In this document: piece by piece, positions 32,646 to 42,092 of the stretch
Layout of the letters: every line of letters starts with the position of its first letter
How positions within the stretch are numbered: position 1 is the stretch's first letter
IMG/VR virus record: IMGVR_UViG_3300021399_000102
Coordinates: 128,001-192,000 of that record
DNA from: a virus
Taxonomy: Duplodnaviria > Caudoviricetes
DNA length: 64,000 nucleotides
Reading direction: 5' to 3' (one strand)
Made by a program: the position numbers and the translations under genes
The notes under the pieces: generated by a model
Databases searched by the model: none
Told to the model about the DNA's origin: nothing
What the model saw: only the letters and a program-made list of their open reading frames with translations

Positions 32646-32664
32646 GGTAAATGATATTTACCAT
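32644..32664 (-). promoter_or_regulatory. late promoter motif GTAAATA inside an inverted repeat overlapping the start codon
   Basis: ATGGTAAAT-ATC-ATTTACCAT(G). Confidence 0.65.
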
Positions 32665-32991
32665 TTATCGGCGGGTTCGTTCGTAGCATATCTTCTTGCG
32701 CTTGCTCTTCGGTAATGGCTTCTTAAGCGTTGAATTCTTCATATTGAAGAGCGTGGCATAGATGTCCTCCGTGGATTCTCCAATAAATGTGGAATAGTCA
32801 ATCAACATGGACATCATTTCCACTGGGCAAGCTTCAAACGCCTCGACATCATTCGCCAGTTTGGATGCCTCCTTGGACAAGGACTTGAGTTTGGAACGCA
32901 TTTCCTTGAAGTGCCAATAGAGGTCGTCACTGTGCTTCTTGAACTTGCCGAATTTAATCTTGAACTTGTTTATGGATTCTGTTTTCTTCAT
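32665..32991 (-). CDS. hypothetical coiled-coil protein
   Basis: 108-aa ORF. Confidence 0.65.
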   Translation of the reverse strand: MKKTESINKFKIKFGKFKKHSDDLYWHFKEMRSKLKSLSKEASKLANDVEAFEACPVEMMSMLIDYSTFIGESTEDIYATLFNMKNSTLKKPLPKSKRKKICYERTRR

Positions 32992-33004
32992 GTTGTATTA
33001 TACC

Positions 33005-33379
33005 TCATTGCCAGGACTTTGTGAATAGCACGCCCATCTTCTCTCTCTGTTTTCTCCATATGGCTACCACATCCACGATTTGGTCTATGATTTTCCAGGT
33101 TATGTTGGTAGTGCCATCCTTGCTTTCGGTGAATGCAAACAGAACGCTTCTTGTCCATGGCTGCTTCACCTCCACATATTCCATGGTATATGCCAACGAC
33201 CACTTGGCGAGGGTTTCTATGAGTTGTTCCTTGTTGATTTGCCGAACATTCAGTGTATCGCCAATTTTCCCATTGGACAGGTATATGGAATTGACATCCT
33301 CAGTTTGCACTCGTAGGAGGACTTGCCCAATCGCCTCCACAACGTCACTGTCGTCGTGTATCCAAATTACCCGTTCCAT
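33005..33379 (-). CDS. paralog family member (distant copy)
   Basis: LAKWSLAYTM...TESKDGTTNITWKI. Confidence 0.8.
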   Translation of the reverse strand: MERVIWIHDDSDVVEAIGQVLLRVQTEDVNSIYLSNGKIGDTLNVRQINKEQLIETLAKWSLAYTMEYVEVKQPWTRSVLFAFTESKDGTTNITWKIIDQIVDVVAIWRKQREKMGVLFTKSWQ

Positions 33380-33387
33380 ATTGGGAA

Positions 33388-34854
33388 TTAGATGTTGCGG
33401 TAGTCGGGCTTGTAGACCATCTTCTCGCCCCATTCCACGAAGTCCTTGGGCGCGTCAGGAGTGAGGACGAAGAGGGTCGGATAGGGCGGTGGGTAGGTGG
33501 GCATGGAAATGTACCCATCTGTGAAGGTAATGCAACAATTGAAGTCGTCGCCCAACTCGCGCAGCTTCTTGAAGGCTGGCCGGAAGTCGGATCCACCACC
33601 ACCCTTCGCGTTGAACTTGTCGAACTCCATCGGCGTCTCGGCGTCATAGTTCTTGACGTCCTGAACCTCCGCATCACACTGAACGAGCGTGATTTCGTAC
33701 TTGCCAAAGGACTCAACGAGAGCCTTGAACTCAGCCAAGAACTTGGGCAAGTCCTGGAGGTATGAACCAGACGTGTCAAGGACGAGAGCTGCCTTGATTT
33801 TCATGTCGGTCTTCCCAGGGAGATAGTGACCACGCGCAAGAGCGTGACGGGAGCAACGAGACCAGGAGTGTTCGCCACCAAGGGTCTTCGTCACGAACTG
33901 GGAAAGTGCTTCCTTCCAATTGATTTCGGGCTTGAGCATTTCCTTCACCAGGTTGTCGATGCCAGCCGGAAGGTGTCCCTGCTTGCGTTCGATGCTCTGA
34001 GCCACGGCAGTGACCATTTCCTTTATCTTGTTCTCAGCCTCACGGGCGTCACCCATCTTGGGGTTGAAGTCCGGGTCGTTTCCACGCTTGCCAAACTTGC
34101 CATCCTGCTCCTGAGCGTTTCCATTTCCATCACCCTCATATATGTGCTTGTCGAACTGATTTCCATACTGACACTTGTTGTTGCCATTGTTCTGACCCTT
34201 GCCATTCTGATTGCCCTTCTGCTTGCCACCATTGGAGTTGGAAGAGGAAGAAGAAGAGGACGAATCACCCTGACCATCCTGGGAGTCGCTATCCTGGTCA
34301 CCTTCGCCACCACCTTGGCTCTGCTGACCCTTGCCACCACCCTGATTCTTCTGATTTTGCTGATTCTTCTGTTTCTGCTTCTGCATCTGCTTCATCAAAT
34401 AGGCGTAGATGTCCTCGGCGTTCTTTCCTGCCACGATGGGATCAGGGAAACAAGCATCCTTGAGAACTTCAAGACCCTCGTTCTGAAGCATGTGGTTGAT
34501 TTCCATGTCAGTAGCCACGTTCCAAAGCATCTGGTCACGAGCCTGGCGCCGGATGAAGTGAAGGAAGATGTTGTGCCAAACCTCGTGGGCAAGGACGAAC
34601 TCTCTCTGACCCTTCGTGAGGTTGGAGTAGAACTCGCAATCAAAGTAAATCTTCGACCCATCGGTGGCTGCAGTCAAGCAGTTCTTGTCATAGGTGGGGA
34701 TGATGGAGAATCGCAGAAGCATCTCGCCAATGAAGGGGTGCTTTTCCAGCAGGTTCCAACGGGCAACTTCAAGACCCTTGGCAACCTTCGTCTTCACTTC
34801 CTTGATATCAACTTCTGTCATGTTTCTGACTCCTATTGGCGAATTCATGGGCAT
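33388..34854 (-). CDS. metallopeptidase-VWA protein (DUF2201-like)
   Basis: TAATDG, LAHEVWH, low-complexity Q/G/S linker, LDTSGS, GGGGSDF, FTDG. Confidence 0.88.
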   Translation of the reverse strand: MPMNSPIGVRNMTEVDIKEVKTKVAKGLEVARWNLLEKHPFIGEMLLRFSIIPTYDKNCLTAATDGSKIYFDCEFYSNLTKGQREFVLAHEVWHNIFLHFIRRQARDQMLWNVATDMEINHMLQNEGLEVLKDACFPDPIVAGKNAEDIYAYLMKQMQKQKQKNQQNQKNQGGGKGQQSQGGGEGDQDSDSQDGQGDSSSSSSSSNSNGGKQKGNQNGKGQNNGNNKCQYGNQFDKHIYEGDGNGNAQEQDGKFGKRGNDPDFNPKMGDAREAENKIKEMVTAVAQSIERKQGHLPAGIDNLVKEMLKPEINWKEALSQFVTKTLGGEHSWSRCSRHALARGHYLPGKTDMKIKAALVLDTSGSYLQDLPKFLAEFKALVESFGKYEITLVQCDAEVQDVKNYDAETPMEFDKFNAKGGGGSDFRPAFKKLRELGDDFNCCITFTDGYISMPTYPPPYPTLFVLTPDAPKDFVEWGEKMVYKPDYRNI

Positions 34855-34880
34855 CGCCTATTCTCCCTTGAAACACCTAT

Positions 34881-34918
34881 ATTATACCACATTCAGCTTC
34901 CGAAAGTCAATACCCCTT
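34881..34918 (-). promoter_or_regulatory. sigma70-type early promoter
   Basis: AAGGGGTA-TTGACT-18 nt-TATAAT. Confidence 0.75.
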
Positions 34919-34981
34919 TAGACTTAATTTTTCATCCCCAAGGTGGTATAATTCCTTGAACGAAAATGACGAGGAAATGCA

Positions 34982-35974
34982 ATGAAAATACGCATATTTT
35001 CAGATATCCACGTGGATATAAACCAAAAGTTCCCTTTTTCCTTCAAGGAAGGGGAAAAAGACACTTTTACGCTTATAGCCGGTGACGTTTCCGGCAATGT
35101 CAAGCTCACCGCAAAGTGGATTCAGCAGAACATCCACAATGGCATGTTCATAGTCGGCAACCACGATCCATCCTACAACGATCTTGGATGGACGATTGGG
35201 AAGCAAAAGAAGTATTTGGCTCAGAAGTTCCCTGTGGATGCACCAGTGACTTTCCTCGACGAATCGGTTGGCGTGATGGCGAAGGAAATTCCTGGAACGA
35301 ATGTCATAGTCGTGGCGTCAACCCTCTACACCGACTACAAGTATGTTTCTGAATGGTCTCAACGTTGCTTTGACGATGGCAACAGGAGACGTGAAGAGCA
35401 TGGCGAGAAGAAGCTCACCATTGAGGAAATGAACATGAGCGCCGCAGGTCGGGGTCTCAACGACTTTCGATGGGGTCACGTTGAAGATGAGTTTGACGAT
35501 AGGGGATTGAAGCAGAGGCTTGTGAGACCCGACGACTACAAGAAGTGGTTTGATATCACCTTCAAGAAGATGACAGAAATCGTCGAATCCAACCAGAACA
35601 AGGACATAATCGTGATGACCCACCACTGCCCAACGCCAAAGTGCATATCAGAACGATATGTCAAGGATCATATGAACGCATCCTATGTCTCTGACTTGGA
35701 GAGGTTCATACTGAACCATACTAACATCAAGGTGTGGTGCTGTGGTCATGTCCATTCTCAGTTCATGGACAAGATTGGAGAGAACAACCAGTGGATAGTT
35801 TGCAACCCCAGGGGATACGAGAGGGAGATGGAGTCAGGAACTTGGAACCCCAACACCTTCATAGACACCGACACATGGGAATTGACCATCGAGCCATATG
35901 AGAATCAGAAGTTGGTGGAAGCAAGGAAGAAGTTCCACGACGACTTCATGAAATATGCTCCACTGTTCTTCTAA
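34982..35974 (+). CDS. metallophosphoesterase (calcineurin-like)
   Basis: SDIH, AGD, GNHD, THH, GHVH, NPRGY. Confidence 0.9.
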   Translation: MKIRIFSDIHVDINQKFPFSFKEGEKDTFTLIAGDVSGNVKLTAKWIQQNIHNGMFIVGNHDPSYNDLGWTIGKQKKYLAQKFPVDAPVTFLDESVGVMAKEIPGTNVIVVASTLYTDYKYVSEWSQRCFDDGNRRREEHGEKKLTIEEMNMSAAGRGLNDFRWGHVEDEFDDRGLKQRLVRPDDYKKWFDITFKKMTEIVESNQNKDIIVMTHHCPTPKCISERYVKDHMNASYVSDLERFILNHTNIKVWCCGHVHSQFMDKIGENNQWIVCNPRGYEREMESGTWNPNTFIDTDTWELTIEPYENQKLVEARKKFHDDFMKYAPLFF

Positions 35975-35975
35975 T

Positions 35976-36347
35976 ATGCGGAACATCCCCAGACTTTCAA
36001 GCAACGCGCTCCCAATCATCGTAAAGAGGTTGGGGAAAAAGGCGGCACAATCGAAGTCGAAGTACAGGATATCCGCAATGGGCTTCGACAAGCGGGGAGA
36101 GTTCATAGCTCAGGCATTCAATGGACTTCCACAAGATGGTGTCATTGGACCAGGGTCGGGAAGACACGCCGAATCCATATTGATGGCGAAATATGGAGAC
36201 TTGCTCAAGACCATCGTGATTTCAAGGATTGGTCATAGTGGCGAGTGGAGACCAATAAAGCCATGTCAGAATTGCAAGAAGATGGCTGACAAACTGGGCG
36301 TGAAGTTGATTACCATAGATCAGTGCAAGGGAGAAGACGATGATTAA
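35976..36347 (+). CDS. zinc-dependent nucleotide deaminase-like protein
   Basis: HAE...PCQNC. Confidence 0.75.
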   Translation: MRNIPRLSSNALPIIVKRLGKKAAQSKSKYRISAMGFDKRGEFIAQAFNGLPQDGVIGPGSGRHAESILMAKYGDLLKTIVISRIGHSGEWRPIKPCQNCKKMADKLGVKLITIDQCKGEDDD

Positions 36348-36633
36348 GAAGAGTTGCGTACACTACCGTTGGAATGGAGACTATTCCCAGGACTTGTGCA
36401 TGAGGAATGGCGAACACGCAATCACCGACTTCAACTGCAAGGATTGTCAGGACTTCATCACCCACAACAGGGGACTTAAACCATGCCCATTCTGCGGTGG
36501 AAAAGCGTATTTGGACAAGACCTACGAATTGAAGGATGAATGGGAGGTCTTCTGCCAGAAGTGCTTCGTCTCCATGAAGAAGCGTGGAATCAAGAAAGTT
36601 GTTGACGCTTGGAATTCTCGCAAGTCTCTTTGA
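36340..36633 (+). CDS. Lar-like restriction alleviation zinc-finger protein
   Basis: LKPCPFCGG...CQKC...AWN. Confidence 0.7.
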   Translation: MIKKSCVHYRWNGDYSQDLCMRNGEHAITDFNCKDCQDFITHNRGLKPCPFCGGKAYLDKTYELKDEWEVFCQKCFVSMKKRGIKKVVDAWNSRKSL

Positions 36634-37288
36634 TTATGTCCTCGCAGGACTGATATGGATTTGCGAATGGAGAGAACTCCCCATAGTGGATTCCTGCCTT
36701 GAATCTCCACCATTGATACCCCTCCTCGTATGTGTCGAAGGTCTCGTTGACAAAGCATGTCCTATTCTTGCTCATGTATTGAAACTCACCTGACCTCAAT
36801 CCTTCCTCCGCTTCTGCCATTGTTGGATATGACTTGGAGAATGTGAACTTCCACTTGCCATTCTTGAGTTGATGTCCATGCTTCTTCATCGAGTTCCACC
36901 CATTCTGAATTGAGGAACATGTGCGTAGATTCTGGATTCTGTTGTCAAGTCTATTCCTGTTCTTGTGGTCAATCACCTCGCCCCAATCTGGTATCATATC
37001 ATTCAAGTATGCAACGACTTGATGCAATGGAACGCCAAAGCAAGAGACATAACCATTCTTGTTCTCACGCCAACCAGACCAAGGCAATTGAAGCCAAGTC
37101 GCGCCATCCAATATGAATTCGTTTGATTCTCCATTGGAACTGCATTGATAATTCAACGGTTTTACGACCGCAATGCCATTTACGATATGGAACTTGTTCT
37201 CAATCCCAGGTTCCTTTATTTGTTGATAATGATTGCCAAATCTACGGATGAAGTTGTATGTCATATGGCAATTATATTGAATTGTCAC
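36590..37288 (-). CDS. HNH homing endonuclease
   Basis: IDHKNRNRLDNRIQNLR...QNGWN with an AP2-like HYGEF tail. Confidence 0.85.
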   Translation of the reverse strand: MTIQYNCHMTYNFIRRFGNHYQQIKEPGIENKFHIVNGIAVVKPLNYQCSSNGESNEFILDGATWLQLPWSGWRENKNGYVSCFGVPLHQVVAYLNDMIPDWGEVIDHKNRNRLDNRIQNLRTCSSIQNGWNSMKKHGHQLKNGKWKFTFSKSYPTMAEAEEGLRSGEFQYMSKNRTCFVNETFDTYEEGYQWWRFKAGIHYGEFSPFANPYQSCEDIIKETCENSKRQQLS

Positions 37289-38421
37289 TTGTATCTTCCA
37301 ATCACTTGAACCCTAAACAGATTCTCCCATGGAACTCCTATATTGAACTTCTGCATTGAGTTGAAGTATGTATGTATGGGAAGAACTATGGTGAATCCAG
37401 ATGCTCTTTTGTTCATCAGCATTGGTCTGGAAACCACGGTGTCGTAGGTTGGTTCTGCTCGGCTTTCAAGGTCAAACTTGTCGTATCCAAACACGAAATC
37501 ACCAGAGCCATAGGTGTCGAAGAACACGCAATATTCGTCGTTTGCAAATGCCTCTGGGAACACAATCTCCCTGAAGAACACGTTTGTCCCATATCGCAAG
37601 TTGTTGAAGTTCTGGCCAGACTTCAACGCCACAGAGAACATATCGTCCTCAATGTACTTCTTGGAGAATATGGTATCGTCAGACTCGTCCCATATTGGGG
37701 ACTTTTGGTAGAAGTACCTCTTGTCCTTTATCTTGATTTCTTGGTTTGCCCTCATGTCGAAACCATATCTGATGTTGTACTCCATTATGCCATTGGTGCT
37801 TTTGGTCTTTCTCCCATTCCAACTGACCTCGTTTATCTTCTCTGTGGAATTGACCAACGAATACTTTCCAACTTGCCAAGGCGTTTGCAAGTTGGAATAG
37901 TCTTTCTTGACCAAGTTGTTCGCTATGTTCTCAGAGCCAATGAGACCATGTTCGTTTCCAACGTGTTCCTCTATGAGATTCTTGAACACTTCAAGCACGA
38001 CAGAACGCATCTCGTTGAGGTTCTGAAGCAAATAGGACAATGGATTCAACAACTGCCACTTGGACTTCGTGAATACAGGTATGTGGTCAACGATGTCGTA
38101 GTTCGGAATGTTGGTGTTGTTGTTGGCCAGGGAAACCAATATGAACACGAATTCACGCTTCCCTTGCTCCACAGAGGTCTGTTTGCTCTCTTCCTTGAAA
38201 TAGACGACCACATCACCTTCACTATATGAAATGTTTGGATCCCAGAGGGTCAATGACAGGGTTTGCCCAGCAGCAAGCTCCTCCATCTCTGAGGTCAGTT
38301 GGGACATCTCGTTTAGAATCCTCTTCACCCCATATGTGGTCAAAGGCTCATTGGGCGAGAGAAACCTTACCTTCCCAAGTTTCTCCTTCAATTTCTCTAT
38401 CTGATTGGTTGTAGTCATCAA
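37285..38421 (-). CDS. late structural protein (baseplate/fibre-like)
   Basis: WDPNISYSEGDVV CBM-like motif and a C-terminal IVFPEAF...VIGRY motif. GTAAATA at 38426. Confidence 0.6.
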   Translation of the reverse strand: MMTTTNQIEKLKEKLGKVRFLSPNEPLTTYGVKRILNEMSQLTSEMEELAAGQTLSLTLWDPNISYSEGDVVVYFKEESKQTSVEQGKREFVFILVSLANNNTNIPNYDIVDHIPVFTKSKWQLLNPLSYLLQNLNEMRSVVLEVFKNLIEEHVGNEHGLIGSENIANNLVKKDYSNLQTPWQVGKYSLVNSTEKINEVSWNGRKTKSTNGIMEYNIRYGFDMRANQEIKIKDKRYFYQKSPIWDESDDTIFSKKYIEDDMFSVALKSGQNFNNLRYGTNVFFREIVFPEAFANDEYCVFFDTYGSGDFVFGYDKFDLESRAEPTYDTVVSRPMLMNKRASGFTIVLPIHTYFNSMQKFNIGVPWENLFRVQVIGRYK

Positions 38422-38891
38422 TGGTTATTTACCATCTTTGGCGACTTATCCAACTCGTAGTCAATCAAATGACGAACATCATCTTCGTATTCTGTCTGGA
38501 ACGAACCAAACGAGATTTCCTCGTTCTTGAATATGCAGTAGAAGCACTGACCATAGTCGTCAAAAAAGATTGGTACGCATTGTCCGCGATATACTATGGT
38601 TTCAACGTACTCCAAACGCTCGAACTTCATCAAACTCTGGCCAACTTCCTCGAAAAGCTCAGAGAACTCTTGGTAGTTCTTGTACAAGTCCTCGCAATCA
38701 GTCCATTCGTTTCTGTCTTTGGAATATTGAGCATCGTGGGGATAGTCCATGCCAGAGAGGTCATAGGTTATTCTATAATACCCTTTCTTGAGCTTCTTGC
38801 CCTTCACTGTCATTGGCTTCTCCACCCAATAGATTACGTAGTAGGTGGTCTTCTGTTCCTCTTGAATAGATTTCTTGTTCTTGGATGCCAT
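38418..38891 (-). CDS. hypothetical protein
   Basis: 157 aa with AAGGAG RBS. Confidence 0.75.
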   Translation of the reverse strand: MASKNKKSIQEEQKTTYYVIYWVEKPMTVKGKKLKKGYYRITYDLSGMDYPHDAQYSKDRNEWTDCEDLYKNYQEFSELFEEVGQSLMKFERLEYVETIVYRGQCVPIFFDDYGQCFYCIFKNEEISFGSFQTEYEDDVRHLIDYELDKSPKMVNNH

Positions 38892-38925
38892 GATAATCTC
38901 CTTATATGGAAATTATACTACAACC

Positions 38926-40071
38926 TCAGTATGGCGTATAGTCGTCTGTCCCCATTGGATTCTGCGCTTGCAATTCTTCTTCTGTTGGAGATATGGTGTC
39001 ATCCACGTCCAACCACGGTCGGGTCTCTATGGGCTTGTAGGGCATGCCATATTGATTCACATAGTTCTGAGATTGCAACGTCTGCGTCATGTGGTCTGGC
39101 GTGACCTCAACCTCTTGGTCGTACAACCTATGCTTCTAAGCAACGAAAGTCAAGCCATCGCCAGCTTCAGGGACATAGCCAAATGGCTCGTTTGGATTCG
39201 TCCTTGGAACAAGCATCCCCGTATCAGGATCTCGTTCATAATCCAGAATCCAGTCTATTTGCTCGTATTCAGGATAGGGGATTTTGCCATCATCCAACTT
39301 GCCAAGGTAGTTATCTATGGTCATTTCCTTCACTGCACCCAAATCCTAATCACCAGCACCAAGATGCCCAGCTTGGTTTCTCTTGACATCATCTGAATCT
39401 GGCTCCAAATATGGCACTGCATGGATTTCAGCAGAGATCTTCGTGATTGGTGCAACATATGGATTGATGGCAGTGAGAGGTTCTTGCTTCGTTCCACCAA
39501 ATATGTGCGTCTTGTAGGTGAAAGAAAGCTCAGCAGTATGGATTTCGTCAGCATCCTTGGAAATCTCTGGCTCTGAAGATATGGATATGTCCGGGGACAT
39601 CACCACCTATGATGTGTATTTCACGTTCGTGTATTTGGGATGTCTCGATGATACATATACATCAGTGTTGAAGAATGGCAATATCTGCCCCAACATCATG
39701 TCTATGTCAGACAACCAACGAGACACCAAGCACACCTTGAACTATAGGTCTATTGGAGTTGGCGTGTAAAGGTCATAGTTTATCCTTCCCTCAATCTCCT
39801 GGTTCTTGATTTCGTTGTGCAGGTTCGTTATTCTTGAAGTCGCTATTGAAATGCCAGTCCTCTACACGGTAATCATTGGAAGCTGAAGCGCCTGCTGCTT
39901 CTCCAAGTTCTTGAATATGCGTGACCGATCACTGATAACTACCGGCACATCAATCGTAACCCTCGTCTTGTTCTCCTAATCCTATGAACGAGTTATCCTG
40001 AAGTTACGAAACAAGGATGCGAACAAGATGTTCGCTACCCGAAGTTCACTATTCCAATTTCTAATTTGCAT
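38926..40071 (-). CDS. tail terminator / sheath stabiliser (T4 gp15-like); 7 in-frame TAG
   Basis: Readthrough gives 381 aa: IDVPV...LPMITV(Q)RTGI...PTPIDL(Q)FKV...DMMLGQILPFFN...LSFTYKTHIFG. GTAAATA at 40077. Confidence 0.8.
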
Positions 40072-40151
40072 ATTGTTATTTACCATTATCGGTTTTCAAT
40101 TCAATTTTGGTAAATATGAGATGACATCACAATCAAAGAAGGTGATATGAC

Positions 40152-40889
40152 ATGAATCGAAATCTCAAAGTAAAGCACTTGATCACAGAATCTGACATGC
40201 ACGACTACGACCTCATCAAGGAATCCACGAACGATGGTTCTACTTTGTTGAAGTTGGCGGGTCCATTTGCAGTTTGCGAGACCTTGAACAACAACAATAG
40301 AATGTACCACTTGGAGGAAATGGTGGAAGAATGCAAGAAGTATCAAGAGGTGATTGATGCTCATCGGGCGTTGAGCGAACTTGAACACCCAGACGACATC
40401 AACATCAATCCTGACAGGGTTTGTGCCAGAATTACGAAGTTCTATCAAGATCCACATGACGAAAAGACTTTCTTGGGCGAAGCCATCATCATGCAGGGAG
40501 ACCCCAAGGCTGGCATCCCTGGCACTCCTTGTGGCATAATCGTAGGCTCTATGCTTCAATATGGCACGAAGATGGGATTCTCAACAAGAGGTCTTGGCAA
40601 TCCAGAGGAAGATGAGGATGGAAACACCTATGTTGGCGATTATCAGCTCATCTGTATTGACCTCGTGACCGATCCGTCAATTGGTCGGTTTTGCGATGCC
40701 AAGCAGGAATCCAAGGCTGTGAATGGCATATTGGAGTCAATTGAATATTTGGTGGATTCCAATCAGTTGGTCGTCGAATCCCGTGTGGTTGATAAGTTCA
40801 AGAAGGACTTGAAGGTGTTGCCAAACGACAGCGCAGAGAGGTTCATGAAGTTGAAGGGTGCTGTTGACAAGTTTCTTCGTGGAATATGA
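40152..40889 (+). CDS. prohead core protease (T4 gp21-like)
   Basis: NNNNRMY, ALSELEHP, TPCG, GFSTRGLG, DLVTDPS. GTAAATA at 40110. Confidence 0.92.
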   Translation: MNRNLKVKHLITESDMHDYDLIKESTNDGSTLLKLAGPFAVCETLNNNNRMYHLEEMVEECKKYQEVIDAHRALSELEHPDDININPDRVCARITKFYQDPHDEKTFLGEAIIMQGDPKAGIPGTPCGIIVGSMLQYGTKMGFSTRGLGNPEEDEDGNTYVGDYQLICIDLVTDPSIGRFCDAKQESKAVNGILESIEYLVDSNQLVVESRVVDKFKKDLKVLPNDSAERFMKLKGAVDKFLRGI

Positions 40890-40930
40890 TTTATGTAGAA
40901 CAATCTGCAAACAAAATGAGGTAAAGCAAA

Positions 40931-41680
40931 ATGGCAATATACATAAACAAACTTAATGGCGGAAACATCACGATTGGATCTAGTGGTGGATCTGCTCCAA
41001 CAGGACATCCAGAAACCAGATTCACACTTCAAGATGGAACTGTTGAAACATACAACATAACAGGTACGCTTAATAAGCAATGGTTTATTGACAATGGGTA
41101 TTTTGATGAAGATGCAGGCATGTGGCTAAAGTCCATAACCCAAGTTGACATCGGAAATACCATAACGAGCATCGATAATGAGACGTTCAATGGCTGCAGC
41201 GGGCTTATGTTGTTCATTGTTAGTGATGACAACACCAATTATAAGTCTGTCAACGGGTTATTGTTGTCTAAGGATGGCAAGACGCTTATTGCGGGCGTAA
41301 ATGGCGATGTGACGATCCCATCCGGCGTGACGACCATTGGAGATTATGCGTTCTACGACTATAGTGGGCTTACGAGCGTGGAGATTCCCAACGGCGTTAC
41401 GAACATCGGGAATGGGGTGTTCTCCGCATGCTATAGTCTTATGAGCGTGACGATCCCTGACAGCGTGACGAGCATCGGCAATTATGCGTTCTCTGGCTGC
41501 AGCGGGCTGACAAGCGTGACGATACCCGACAGCGTGACGAGCATCAGGTATGGGGCGTTCGAGGATTGTGGAAGTCTTACGACCATCACCGTCATGGGCA
41601 AGACTACAGCAGATGCTCAGACCTTGCTTGCTAATGCTGCGGTTCCAGCAGGCTGCACGATAGTTGGCGAACTTGGCTGA
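40931..41680 (+). CDS. BspA-type leucine-rich repeat protein
   Basis: VTIPDSVTSIGNYAFSGCSGLTS repeats. Confidence 0.9.
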   Translation: MAIYINKLNGGNITIGSSGGSAPTGHPETRFTLQDGTVETYNITGTLNKQWFIDNGYFDEDAGMWLKSITQVDIGNTITSIDNETFNGCSGLMLFIVSDDNTNYKSVNGLLLSKDGKTLIAGVNGDVTIPSGVTTIGDYAFYDYSGLTSVEIPNGVTNIGNGVFSACYSLMSVTIPDSVTSIGNYAFSGCSGLTSVTIPDSVTSIRYGAFEDCGSLTTITVMGKTTADAQTLLANAAVPAGCTIVGELG

Positions 41681-41702
41681 CGTGGCAATAATCAATGCCG
41701 AA

Positions 41703-41740
41703 GAAGAGACCACCAAGATGAACTGGTGGTCTCTTTCTTT
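41703..41740 (+). terminator. intrinsic terminator between convergent genes
   Basis: GAAGAGACCACCA / TGGTGGTCTCTT stem followed by a T-run. Confidence 0.75.
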
Positions 41741-41860
41741 ATGCAACCATCTTGACAACGACAATGCCCAAGCAAATCAACCAAGCAATCTCTACACCTC
41801 ATAGGGTTGTTGCGAACATGAGCGTCTGAACAAATTGCTTGACGCTTTTCAGAAATACCA

Positions 41861-42082
41861 TTAGAAGTCCCTCCAAACCGACTTGTGCATAACAATGTCG
41901 TTGCCATAGGTCTTGTACAACCATTTCTCCACTTGCCAACTATCACAGAACAATGTATGCTCTGGCCAAATATCCCTCCAGAAGAAGAGGCAAACCCTCA
42001 TTTGGGGTCTAACATAAATCGGTCGTGCCCAACCTGCGTGGTGTTTGCTGCATCCTGTGGCAAGCCTAAAGTGCTTTCTCAT
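41861..42082 (-). CDS. hypothetical protein
   Basis: 73 aa with RBS. Confidence 0.5.
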   Translation of the reverse strand: MRKHFRLATGCSKHHAGWARPIYVRPQMRVCLFFWRDIWPEHTLFCDSWQVEKWLYKTYGNDIVMHKSVWRDF

Positions 42083-42092
42083 TGTGTTTCCC

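Noticed and set aside
33826-34959. Long plus-strand ORFs such as the 377-aa one here, 37372-38229 and 3282-3929
   Set aside because: Antisense shadows of well-supported minus-strand genes.
41300-41590. CRISPR array or DGR template/variable repeat pair
   Set aside because: The repeats are in-frame LRR codons. No spacer pattern, adenine-specific variation or reverse transcriptase is seen in the window.
41739-41861. Short frame MVFLKSV...TL-TGA-GVEIAWLICLG, hinting at TGA readthrough
   Set aside because: A single short case. TGA terminates most genes here.
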